DNA of 64,000 bases from assembly GCA_964016885.1 (NCBI GenBank), contig OZ024741.1, forward strand, positions 278,876,001-278,940,000, read 5' to 3'. The notes under the pieces were generated by a model. That model saw nothing but the letters and a program-made list of their open reading frames with translations, ran no database searches and had not been told where the DNA came from. Below are positions 41,094 to 52,322 of this stretch, in pieces (positions within the stretch are counted from its first letter, which is position 1; every line of letters begins with the position of its first letter). Both the position numbers and the translations under genes were made by a program. The DNA comes from Eledone cirrhosa (taxonomy: Eukaryota).

Positions 41094-43259
41094 TTACCGT
41101 ACTTTTCGTAGAGGAGGGATGGTTTTTACATCCCTTTTCACTTGATCGTCTGGTGAAGGGACCGTTGAATCGTCCCTTCGGCTGGTCGTCGGCTCTTCTA
41201 TGAGTATGTCCGAATATACTCTCCGGTTGAGAGTCCCTCCTAGGTCTCTGAAATCACCAACTGCGTTGGGGGATTTCGTTTTAATGTTTGTGAATTGTTT
41301 CTGTGCTATTTTTACCAGTCTTATGTTCATTGGTGTTTTGATTGGTGCTGGTATTATGTAGTCGTGCTGTGAAATGTCTGTGTGTTCAATTAGGTAAGTC
41401 ATTAGTTTCTTGTTGTGTGTATTTATTGCCGCGCATTTGTTTTTCTGGGGGTGGGGTGTGGTTCTGCTATTTTCTTGTCGTTGTTGCTGGGTGTGTGTGT
41501 TTTGTTGTTGTTCTTGCGATGTTGGTGCTTGTGGTAGTGGTGGTGTTGAAGGTGTTGTTGTTGTTGGCGGTGGGGTTGTCGCCGGTGGTGATGGTGGTGC
41601 TAGTGTGGGTGGTGATGATGTTGGTGGTGTTGCTGCTGTGAGTCTCTTTGCAGTAGCCTTTACCCTTTTTTCATTTCTTTCCTCCCTTTTCGAAGGCGAC
41701 GATGTGCTGCTTCTGCGTTTGTGCCTGCTTACGACCTTTTGCCATCCCTCTCCCACCTCACACTCCATGTCTGATTCTGTGAGGTCGGGAAGGGGTACCA
41801 TCTCCACTCTTTCACTTGTTGTTGTTGGGGATGTTTGCAGTGGAGTCTCTGTTGCAGTTGCATTTGGTATTACTGTTGTTGTTGTTAATACTTCCACTGC
41901 TGCTGCTGTTCTTGATTTCCGTGGCGTGGGTATGGGTGCCACGGACCTATCGTTCCTGGTTGCCGCTTGTCCTGTTGCTGGTAGCCGTGGAGCCGGTTTC
42001 TGAAGGAGGGGGGTTTTCTCCTTTCTCGGGGTCTTCTCGTTGCAGAAGGCCCTGAGGTGAGTCTTCGATCCACAGCGAAAGCATTTCGGGCGTTTGCCCT
42101 CAACACTTATGGGCAGTTGAGTGCCGTTATCGAAGTCTATCACACCCGGGATAGCTTCGATGCACTCCTGGCTGGTTTGGATTAACATCTCAATGGAGGT
42201 GCCGACCCAATCTTCTCTTACTTTTTTCTGTACTTGCAGTACAGTTGTTTTGTCCTCGATTCCGACAGGACAGACGCGGCCAGCCAAGAAGGACCCATCC
42301 CGGGGGGGGGTCAGTTTGACCCTCACAATTTTTTGCCCGCAGTAGGAGGGCACCAACACCATTTCCTCGCTCCTTAGGGTCACTAAGGATTGAGCCTTTG
42401 CCTTCTGGGGTGTGGCAAAAAGCACGTCTACGGTGGCATATTTCTTGCCTCGGGTGATATGCTTTTTCCGCTGCCACACAGACCCTAAGGCTTTTTGTAT
42501 TTGAGCCTCTGTGGCTCTTTCAACTCTACGGGATTTTGTGCTTACTGTACGGTACGTGACCGTACAGTACTGTTGGGTTTCGAAAAAATTTTCGGCTACC
42601 TTGCAGATTGCTCGGTGTCCGGTTTTCGTCACCATCTTCTTCGCTTCCTGTAATTCCTCATTTGTTATGAGGATGGTTTCCAGGTTCTTTGCGATACCTG
42701 CAAACGAGATTGGTTTTTCTTTGCTGCTGTTGTTGTTTTTGTTGTTGTCGTCAGAGCTGCTGTTACTTTTGTTGTTGCTGCAGGTACTACGACTACTGCC
42801 ACCGCCGCTGTTGCTGTGGTTGTTGTTGTTGTTGCTGCTACTGCTGCTAATGCTGTTGTTGTTTATGCTGCTGCTGATGCTGTTGCGGCTGCTACTGTTG
42901 TTTTCCTTGTCACTGTTGCTGCTGCTGCTGCTGCTGTTATTACGGCTGCTACTGCTATTATTCATGACGTCAGACGAATGAAATGGGTTTTCGTATTTCC
43001 CGCACACCTTTTTCGTCGTTGTCGTCGTCGTCGTGGAGAAATTTTGCACGCTTTGCACGTGATTTTTCTTTACTGGCGTCGCTTGCGAAAGAGAAGGGAG
43101 GGAGAGAGACACATTTAGAGAAGGGAGGGAGAGAGACAATCTTCTCTCTGCTGTAGTGACGATTGAGGAAGAAGAAGACGGAATGAGTGGGAGTGACCTA
43201 TGAAAATTCTTTTTCGTAGCCATGTTTTTTTTTTTGTTTAAAATAAATATTGGGCACAA
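41094..43259 (-). CDS. LINE ORF1 (gag-like nucleic-acid-binding protein)
   Basis: Open 721 aa with CFRCGSKTHLRAFC zinc knuckle and S/N- and P/T-rich tracts. Probable start MATKK near 43223. Confidence 0.85.
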   Translation of the reverse strand: MCPIFILNKKKNMATKKNFHRSLPLIPSSSSSIVTTAERRLSLSLPSLNVSLSLPSLSQATPVKKNHVQSVQNFSTTTTTTTKKVCGKYENPFHSSDVMNNSSSSRNNSSSSSSNSDKENNSSSRNSISSSINNNSISSSSSNNNNNHSNSGGGSSRSTCSNNKSNSSSDDNNKNNNSSKEKPISFAGIAKNLETILITNEELQEAKKMVTKTGHRAICKVAENFFETQQYCTVTYRTVSTKSRRVERATEAQIQKALGSVWQRKKHITRGKKYATVDVLFATPQKAKAQSLVTLRSEEMVLVPSYCGQKIVRVKLTPPRDGSFLAGRVCPVGIEDKTTVLQVQKKVREDWVGTSIEMLIQTSQECIEAIPGVIDFDNGTQLPISVEGKRPKCFRCGSKTHLRAFCNEKTPRKEKTPLLQKPAPRLPATGQAATRNDRSVAPIPTPRKSRTAAAVEVLTTTTVIPNATATETPLQTSPTTTSERVEMVPLPDLTESDMECEVGEGWQKVVSRHKRRSSTSSPSKREERNEKRVKATAKRLTAATPPTSSPPTLAPPSPPATTPPPTTTTPSTPPLPQAPTSQEQQQNTHTQQQRQENSRTTPHPQKNKCAAINTHNKKLMTYLIEHTDISQHDYIIPAPIKTPMNIRLVKIAQKQFTNIKTKSPNAVGDFRDLGGTLNRRVYSDILIEEPTTSRRDDSTVPSPDDQVKRDVKTIPPLRKVR

Positions 43260-43439
43260 AACCCCAATAAGCGGTTATTTAACCCCGAAGGGCCAAATAA
43301 CGGGCAAAAAGACCCCTCTCACGGGGAGGAGGGTGTTTTTGTCTACAATTTGGTTAAAGTTTTAAACAATTTACAATTGTTATAGCGGTAAAAATTTACA
43401 ATACCTTACAGAGCCGAGCCTCCGTCAACCATAGCATTC

Positions 43440-43477
<38 letters not shown>

Positions 43478-44727
43478 ACTATTAATAATTATTATTAATG
43501 CACTCGTGCAATGCCTGTGCGTGACGAATATTTTTTAAGTGAGGAAAGACTGTGCACTGAGCCAATCCCACTCTCTGAGCGACAGTAGCTATAACCCGAA
43601 AAAAAGAAAAGATCAACATCATCGGTAACTACTGAGCCGCAGGTTTTATGTCGGAGTTAACCCAGTTTCCTGAGATGCCTTCTCCTAGAAGAATGCCCTG
43701 ACAAGGGCTAGGGGTTCTTCACACCCAGTGGTTTAACTGCGCGATCGGGCATCCAGCCCGATTATTTCTATGTCCCCGCGCAAAAGAAAAAAAAATAATA
43801 ATAAATACATACATACATACATACATACATACATACATACATACAAACATACGCACATATATACATACACGCATACATACAAACATGCGCACATGTATAC
43901 ATACATACGTACATGCATACATACACATACGTTATACATTGAGAACGTCAATTGTTGTTAAAGTAGTTATCGGTAATGGATTGATTAATGAAGGTGACGC
44001 TGGGGCGGTGGGATGTTATGGTAAGATGAAGAAAAGTGAAAACTGTAGATTTTTGATTTACTTTTATTGAACTAAAATTGTTTACTATTTGACGCATGAA
44101 CTTTAATGCAATTAACTGCCGTCTAGACCGAACCTTTTACAATGATCTTAGTTTCCAGTTAGATTAGCTTATTCGTGACAATTAACTAAGCGAACATTTA
44201 ATAAGATAGATAAGGATTTACTTACCACAACCAGTATTTAATGATGGACAGGTTTATCTTATATTTTCTGGTTCTCTTGCGGGTAGTTAATACCAATAAG
44301 CAGGAAAAGTATCACTAAAATCGTTTTATATCAAGAAGTATTGAATTAACGGTATAAATTATGGAAATGGTAATTAAAGGTATGTCTGTATGTATGTATG
44401 TAATCTACAATTGGTCTACAAAGTCATCTACGAAGTCATGGACGCAAATGGGATGACAATGCAGAATCAATAAGAGACGGCAATCGTCTGTGAAGACGTT
44501 GCAATCTTCATGTATGGGGAGAGATGGAGGGATGGATCCGTAACTCCTAGTGGTGTTGTAGAGGTGCCGGAGTGGTATACGGCGTTTCTTGAGCATTAAA
44601 TCCTAACAGAGCCCACCACCCCCACCCTAGTTTGAACACAGACGATTTCTTCCGGAGAAGGAAAAAAAGAAAGAGAGAGAGTGTGTGTGTATGTGTGTGT
44701 AGTAGCGAGGAAATGAGAAAGAAATAT

Positions 44728-44852
44728 AAGGTGGCCCAAAAGTCGCAATACATAGGAAATTTTTAAGTTTCCATATTTATTTATTTTGAATAAATTGTTT
44801 CTTATAAAACAATTATTTTTTTTATGTATCGCGACTTTTGGGCCACCCTGTA
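44728..44852. mobile_element. Tc1/mariner-type MITE
   Basis: ggtggcccaaaagtcgcaatacata and tatgtatcgcgacttttgggccaccctg form terminal inverted repeats with TA flanks. Confidence 0.7.
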
Positions 44853-45214
44853 TAAAGGAAGAATTGAAGCCAGTACTAGACTTTTTTTTATCAACCTTAA
44901 AAGGATGAATGGCGAAGATGACCCCAGCGGGATTTGAATTCAGAGCGTAGAAATCCAGAACGAATACGGCAAAGCATTCTATCCGGCGTGGTAACGTCTC
45001 TGCCAATTTGCCGCTTTAACCGACACATGGCAGAAAAACATTAGATCACAAATCATATCTGGACCCACGTCCTTCTAACAATGTAGAATCTTTCTTCCTG
45101 GAACAGGACAATGCTAATTGATATATGTGAGTGTACATAGACTGGGGTTAATGACACATAGAAAAGGTTACTGCTTCTTTACGTCAATCGACGTTATTCA
45201 ATAATTCCTCTCTG

Positions 45215-45281
<67 letters not shown>

Positions 45282-45499
45282 CTTGGGTGTGTGGGTGTGT
45301 ATACATTTGTGAAACCCTCCCCACCATCATCTTCATACACCTCCAACTCCCTGCCATGTTAAAGTAGTTCTAATCTATAAACTTAGCCGACCAATCTGCT
45401 CCTTAATAAACTCTGATCAATATTCATACATGTTTTTCAAGTGCTGCCACTTATGAAATATGGCGAAATCTTATTGACAAAGTTGCTCTATACCGACTC

Positions 45500-45577
<78 letters not shown>

Positions 45578-45729
45578 TTATTTTTATTACATTTTCTTTT
45601 AATCCATAAATCTTAGCTTTGGGCATCTGGTAGTGATAGTTCTGCTGGCTTTAACAGCTGTTTAGTATTTCTTCTTCTTCCCCACCGCAACCACACAATA
45701 GCTGCTAACTGAGAAAACAAACTTAACGC

Positions 45730-46270
45730 ACTCTTTTTCTTTCTCACTTTCTTTTTCTCTTTCACTTTATTTTTCTTCCTCTCTTTTCTTTTTCTCTTTC
45801 ATTTTCTTTCCCTCTTTCTTTCTCATTCTCTCTTTATTTTTGTTTCTCTCTTTTTCTTTCTCTCTTTTCTTTCTTTCTTTCTATCTATCTATCTTTCTTT
45901 TTCGTCCTTTCTTTTCTTTCCTTTCCGCGCTCTCTTTTTCTTTTTCTCTTTCACGTTTTCTCTTTCTTTTTTCTTTCTCTCTTATCGGTTCCCTCATTTT
46001 CTCTCTTCCTTTTCGTCCTTTTTGTTCTCTCTTTATTTTCTTTATCTCTTTACTTTCTTCCGCTCTTAGTTTTTCTTTCTCTTTCTCTTTTTCTCATCCT
46101 TTTTCTCAAACCTTTACTGCCCCTCACTCATTCTCTGTTTCTCTCAATCTCTCTTTCTCTCTCCCATCCTCTTGCTCTCTCCCCCCCCCCTTTCTCTCCC
46201 TCTCCATATCTCTCCCTGTCTCTCTCTCCCCTCCCCCTCTCTCACTCTCATCCTACCTGTCTCTCTTACA
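45730..46270. repeat. Polypyrimidine (CT-rich) low-complexity tract
   Basis: Almost entirely C/T over ~540 bp. Confidence 0.9.
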
Positions 46271-46502
46271 ATTCTATTCTATCTGTTCCGCCAGCACACA
46301 TACAACCTATAATCTATAAAAGTGTTTACAAGATGATAAAACAAATCTGAAGGGGAAAAATATCTCCGTAAAAATCAAATTTAGAAAAGAACGGCAGATT
46401 TCCTTAATTATATCAATCATGGCTGACTATTTCACAAAATCTGTATGTATGTATGTATGTATGTATGTATGTATGTATGTATGTATGTATGTATGTATGT
46501 AT

Positions 46503-48207
46503 GGCAACCCCACCAAGGTTTCTTGGTGAGGAGGGTGACTTTGGACATCCTGCAGGACTAAAAACAAAACCTGTCAAAGGGCAAAGGAGCTCTTAAGAGT
46601 CAATGGCCATCCAAAATCACCGGGAGAGATGACCCCTTAGCCTTTGTCAAGGCAGAATTCTAGGAGAAGGAAAACTCTGATATAACACCTGCAACCCTGA
46701 TGGTATCCAATGATGTTGACTTGTTCTTCTTTTTGGTAAATATCATCTTGGTTAAGAGAGTGGGACTGGCTTTGTGCAGTGCCTTTGCTCACTATAAAAG
46801 CTTCACGGCACAGGCATTGCTTTATATCTGGAGATCTCTCTGCACTTGTCATCACATGGTACCATGGGCCCAGCACTATGTGTCAATGATTGTCACAAGT
46901 GTAGCGTTTGTACCTACCAGAGTTTTCAAGTCGCTGGCTGGACTAAAAATTCACACTCGTTCAGCGCATCGGTAGGGGTTCTCCTACATATAAAGTAGTG
47001 GCCGTACTCGAAAACGAGTTGGCAGCCACCATGTAGGTATGTATGCGGGTATGTATATATGTAGGTATGTGTGTATGCATGTATATATGTGTGTATGTAG
47101 GTATGTAGGTATGTGTGTATGTAGGTATGTATGTGTGTATGTATGTATATATGTAGGTCTTAAGAGTCAATAGCCATCCAAAATCACCGGGAGAGATGAC
47201 CCCTTAGCCTTTGTCAAGGCAGAATTCTAGGAGAAGGAAAACTCTGATATAACACCTGCAACCCTGATGGTATCCAATGATGTTGACTTGTTCTTCTTTT
47301 TGGTAAATATCATCTTGGTTAAGAGAGTGGGACTGGCTTTGTGCAGTGCCTTTGCTCACTATAAAAGCTTCACAGCACAGGCATTGCTTTATATCTGGAG
47401 ATCTCTCTGCACTTGTCATCACATGGTACCAAATGGGCCCTGCACTATGTGTCAATAATGGTCACAAGTGTAGTCTTTGTACCAGAGTTTTCAAGTCGCT
47501 GGCTGGACTAAAAAGTCACATTCGTTCAGCGCATCGGTAGGGGTTCTCCTACATGGATATAAAGTAGTGGCCGTACTCGAAAACGAGTTTGCAGCCACCA
47601 TGTATGTATGTATGTCAGGTCAACAGTTGGTGCTACTGGTAACATGTATCCCAGTACAACCTCTCTCATGCTCGGGTCGTTGGCGACTAAACTGGCAACC
47701 CCACCAAGGTTTCTTGGTGAGGAGGGTGACTTTGGACATCCTGCAGGACTAAACACAAAACCTGTCAAAGGGCAAAGGAGCTCTTAAGAGTCAATGGCCA
47801 TCCAAAATCATCGGGAGAGATGACCCCTTAGCCTTTATCAAGGCAGAATTCTAGGAGAAGGAAAACTCTGATATAACACCTGCAACCCTGATGGTATCCA
47901 ATGATGTTGACTTGTTCTTCTTTTTGTTTAAATATCATCTTGGTTAAGAGAGTGGGACTGGCTTTGCTCACTATAAAAGCTTCACGGCACAGGCATTCCT
48001 TTAAATCTGGAGATCTCTCTGCACTTGTCGTCACATGGTACCATGGGCCCAGTACTGTGTCAATAATTGTCACAAGTGTAGTGTTTGTACCAGAGCTTTC
48101 AAGTCACTGGCTGGACTAAAAAGTGACACTCGTTCAGCGCATCGGTGGGGGTTCTCCTACATGGATATAAAGTAGTGGCCGTACTCGAAAACGAGTTGGC
48201 AGCCACC
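46503..48207 (+). mobile_element. Three head-to-tail copies of the RTE-type non-autonomous element (46503-47030, 47157-47599, 47614-48207)
   Basis: Common 3' end, different 5' truncations, separated by (TATG)n. Confidence 0.9.
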
Positions 48208-48354
48208 ATGTATGTATGTATGTACGTGTGTGTGTGTGTGTGCGTGTGTGTAATTGTGGCTTTTTATGCTTGTGAGTATATACACATACAATATATGCAC
48301 ACGCATACATGCAAACACACACACACACAGACATAGTTATTGTGAGTATTCGCC

Positions 48355-48404
<50 letters not shown>

Positions 48405-49282
48405 TGTTGTTGTTGTTGTTGTTTCCACTGCCGCTACTGATACTTCCGCTCTCTTGTCACTTGCTGCTGCTGCTGTTCCCGTCAGAATAACAGACAGCCT
48501 CTTTTTCTGTCGACCAGGGCTTGGTATAAACGTGCCCCACTGCTCTCTTTTCCTCTATTCCAGCGTCAGAACAACAGATATTTAAGTTCCGTTACGCAGA
48601 GAAGACATATATGCATAGTCCTTCGTCTACCGCGAGAAACTACATTAGTCTTGAAGGAAGCTGATGATAACACTGAAGTTCTATTTCTTGTTAGTTTACT
48701 TTCTCCATCCTTTCTCCGTCTTTTTTTAATCCTTTTTCGCAATTCTCCATAAGTCCTGCTCCATCGATCTCATTCCTGCTTTCCTCTTCTCCTCTACTCT
48801 CCTCTTTTCTTCTCTCATTTCTCTCATTTCGCATCTCATACTTTAGGCTCTCTTTCTTCCTTTCCCTCCTGTTCTTCGTTCGATATGAGATTATATCTTA
48901 ACCTGAGATTTTACTATACATATAGTATCCAACTGTTTACAGCTTCTCTTCGCGCTGAGAATACTACAATTTTATGAAAATTCATATAAACTCATCGCTT
49001 CAAACCATTTCAATATATATATATATATATATAAATATAAATTAGCGAGAATCGTATTTCAGCTCAGGAATTAACGAAAATCAACGTCCGATATGTGTTG
49101 CAAGCGCTCGATGATTCATGTGAATCAGAGCTACAACACTGAGATGATGGTTAAACATATCATTCGCACAGCCAAAACAAACGACCAAGTAATTCGGGTC
49201 AAACAATAAAAATATATGTGTTGATACTTTCCCGGACCCTGGACTGATGGTAAAATCCAGTATTGATTTCTGCGACTCCAAA

Positions 49283-49396
<114 letters not shown>

Positions 49397-49492
49397 ACAC
49401 TGGAAGGTAATATCCGTAGTGGTAGAACACTTAGTCCAAGGGACGAGTTTGGTAGAGGTAGTAACACAAGTTAGTCCCCCCCCCCCCCCCTC

Positions 49493-49576
49493 CCGAGAAC
49501 AATGTTTCACCTTATGCAGATGTTCAGCTCGGACTCAGAGCTGAAGATCCGCATAAGGTAAAACAATTGTTCTCGG
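49493..49576. ncRNA. Back-to-back pair of decayed minimal hammerheads
   Basis: Minus 49493-49532: ccgag CTGAACA tct-gcataa-ggt GAAA cattg TT ctcgg. Plus 49536-49576: gag CTGAAGA tcc-gcataa-ggt AAAA caattg TT ctc. Confidence 0.75.
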
Positions 49577-49603
49577 TATGGTGAACTAACTGTTGTGTTA
49601 CTA

Positions 49604-49726
<123 letters not shown>

Positions 49727-49912
49727 CAAAGAATTGTGGTAAGGAACCAAGTGGACCATAACGCATCAGAGTACTCAATACTTAGGGTAGTAGAGTGGGA
49801 AATAGGAAAAAGTATGACCCCGACGGCAGAGCTCAACCCGTTTCGACGGCTATTTCTGGACTCCAGAAATAGCCGTCGAAACGGCTTGAGCTCTGCCGTC
49901 GGGGTCATACCT

Positions 49913-49953
<41 letters not shown>

Positions 49954-49958
<5 letters not shown>

Positions 49959-50680
49959 GGATATGTGTTCCTTCACGCACAAGGCGCAGTTTTGATAGCG
50001 CTAGTTCGTAATTTAAATTCAAGAATTTTATATTCTTCGAATGAAAAGAACCTTCTGACGAGAATCTTTCTTTGCAACGAAGGCCGTATGGTCTCCGTTT
50101 ATTTTTGGGATTCGAAACCGATCGGTGAAGGTAACTATAGTAGGTAAAGTCAATTTTTTTAAATTTATTTTGAAACTTTTTCATTATTTGCTAAACCTTG
50201 TTTATATATGTTCTGGCTCGTTAATTTATTAACCTGCCATTGAACCACATTGGCATTTGGTTGGACAATACATGCGTCCCTTAGCGCCTTGTGCGTGAAG
50301 GAACACATATCCTATTATTACTACTCTCCTCTACTGTTGAGACAAATTGGGTCGCTCCGACTGCTGCTAGTGATAGTTGCGGCCGGTTTGACCTACCTCC
50401 TTCTGCCTCTATCTTTACTTCGGCCCTTGAAAAAATTGTTTCTAAATCATCCACTCTCATCCCAGGAACAGTTTTGATAGCGCTAGTTCGTAATTTAAAT
50501 TCAAGAATTTTATATTCTTCGAATGAAAAGAACCTTCTGACGAGAATCTTTCTTTGCAACGAAGGCCGTATGGTCTCCGTTTATTTTTGGGATTCTAAAC
50601 CGATCGGTAAAGGTAACTATAGTAGGTAAAGTCAATTTTTTAAAATTTATTTTGAAACTTTTTCATTATTTGCTAAACCT

Positions 50681-50682
<2 letters not shown>
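49954..50682 (+). mobile_element. Retrozyme-like element, 482-nt monomer, two hammerheads (50050-50132 and 50532-50614)
   Basis: 49987-50200 is repeated at 50469-50682. 49954-49987 is an inversion of 50284-50317. acctt CTGACGA gaatc...gattc (G/T)AAA ccgatcgg T(G/A) aaggt. Flanked by (TA)n. Confidence 0.88.
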
Positions 50683-50735
<53 letters not shown>

Positions 50736-52091
50736 AGGTATGTCCCCCACCAACACCCCACTCTCCAGAGCGAGAAATTAATAAACATTCGTTGTACTGC
50801 CTCTGTTTTGTCACTGTTCAAATTTGTCCATTATATATATATATATATGTGTATATTTGAGTAATGGGCGAACCGAGGTTACCTCTTGTTTCTATAGATC
50901 TGAGTATATGAAATACATCACCTGTTGCATACTAATGACGCAGCATAGTTGAATAGTTATTAACTTCCCAATCATTAGGTCCCAGGTTCGATCCAACTAT
51001 ATGACATCTTAGTCACGATGAATTCGGAATGCAAACAGCTAGAACAAATACTACAATGCGTCTGATTCGACATTTTAACAATTCCGCTATCACACCTGTA
51101 CAGGTATTTTATTTAATCCACTCCGAGATGATGAAAGTAAATATTGACCTTAGCGGGATTTGGACTCACAGCGCAAAGAAGTTATACAAATACTGCAAGG
51201 TATTTTGTCCTACATTTTAATCACTTTCAATTGACTGCCTTGAAGTCTTGCCAGATTCTTAGGCGTTACTTAAGTTACATCGCTCTTTATATAATCTGTA
51301 AATCCTTACAAAATATACTAGCCTAAAACGAAACTGGTAGGCGGTAAATTGGCAAAGTCGTTACAACGTCGGATAGAAAGCTTTACAGTATTCATTCCGG
51401 CTCTCTGTTCTCTGAGTTCAAATCCCACTGAGGTCAACTTTGCCTTTCATCCATTCGAGGTAGATAAAAAAAAAAATACCAGTCAATACTAGGGTCAATT
51501 CTCCCTCTATATGTCTTTCTCACAGCTGCTGTATTCAGACATAGAGAGGAAATGGGCTCCACCAGGTTTTTAAAATGTCCAAGAAACGCTGCATGTCAAT
51601 GTGGAGTTGCGGGACAATGTATGTATGCAAAAAGAGACTGAATCGTGGTTTCTACCATTAATACAAGAAAGGTCAGGTATATTGTTGGTAGCTCGGATAC
51701 AACAGTTGATTATATCAGCTGTAAAATAAGTAGCACTTATGTATTGATTCGTCATTGATACTCATTATTTTCATATCACAAGGATGAAAGGCAAAGTTGA
51801 CATTTGCACAATTCGAACTTAGAATATAACCAAAATAGAACAAAGCATCTTCTCGTTTGCTCTACCGACTTTTGATAAACTAAAGCTACCATGGACCGAG
51901 TAGTCTTAAGTGACTTATTAATTCTTTCATATCATTTTTCTTCGAATTATTCAATATAAAAATTACTCTTTCTTTCTCACTTTCACTCTCAATTTCCCTT
52001 TCTCCCTCACACGCACAAAACACACTCACCTGTCTCTCTTTCTTTCTCCCCTCCCACCCCCTCTCTCTCACACTATGGACACACACATATA

Positions 52092-52171
<80 letters not shown>

Positions 52172-52174
<3 letters not shown>

Positions 52175-52266
52175 GCTTTCCCCAAAAATGTGTACCACTT
52201 TAATTACCTGTACATGCAATATTTATTAGAATACTGACGAAGTGTGTATACATTTTCGGAGGACAT

Positions 52267-52270
<4 letters not shown>
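52172..52270. mobile_element. Small Tc1/mariner-type MITE
   Basis: caggctttcccaaaaatgtgtaccactt and aagtgtgtatacattttcggaggacatcct form imperfect TIRs within (TA)n. Confidence 0.5.

Positions 52271-52320
<50 letters not shown>

Positions 52321-52322
<2 letters not shown>

Larger units (their letters stand above)
37382..43440 (-). mobile_element. Near full-length Tx1/L1-clade LINE (~6.05 kb)
   Basis: ORF1 with CCHC knuckle, ORF2 with APE-RT-zinc finger, 3' UTR ending AATAAAGAAATCA. (AAT)n on both flanks. Confidence 0.95.

Noticed and set aside
38650-43118. Plus-strand ORFs overlapping the LINE
   Set aside because: They are antisense shadows of ORF1/ORF2 and of trinucleotide tracts.
44400-44640. 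Possible host exon or transposase fragment
   Set aside because: No motif or splice context that I can support.
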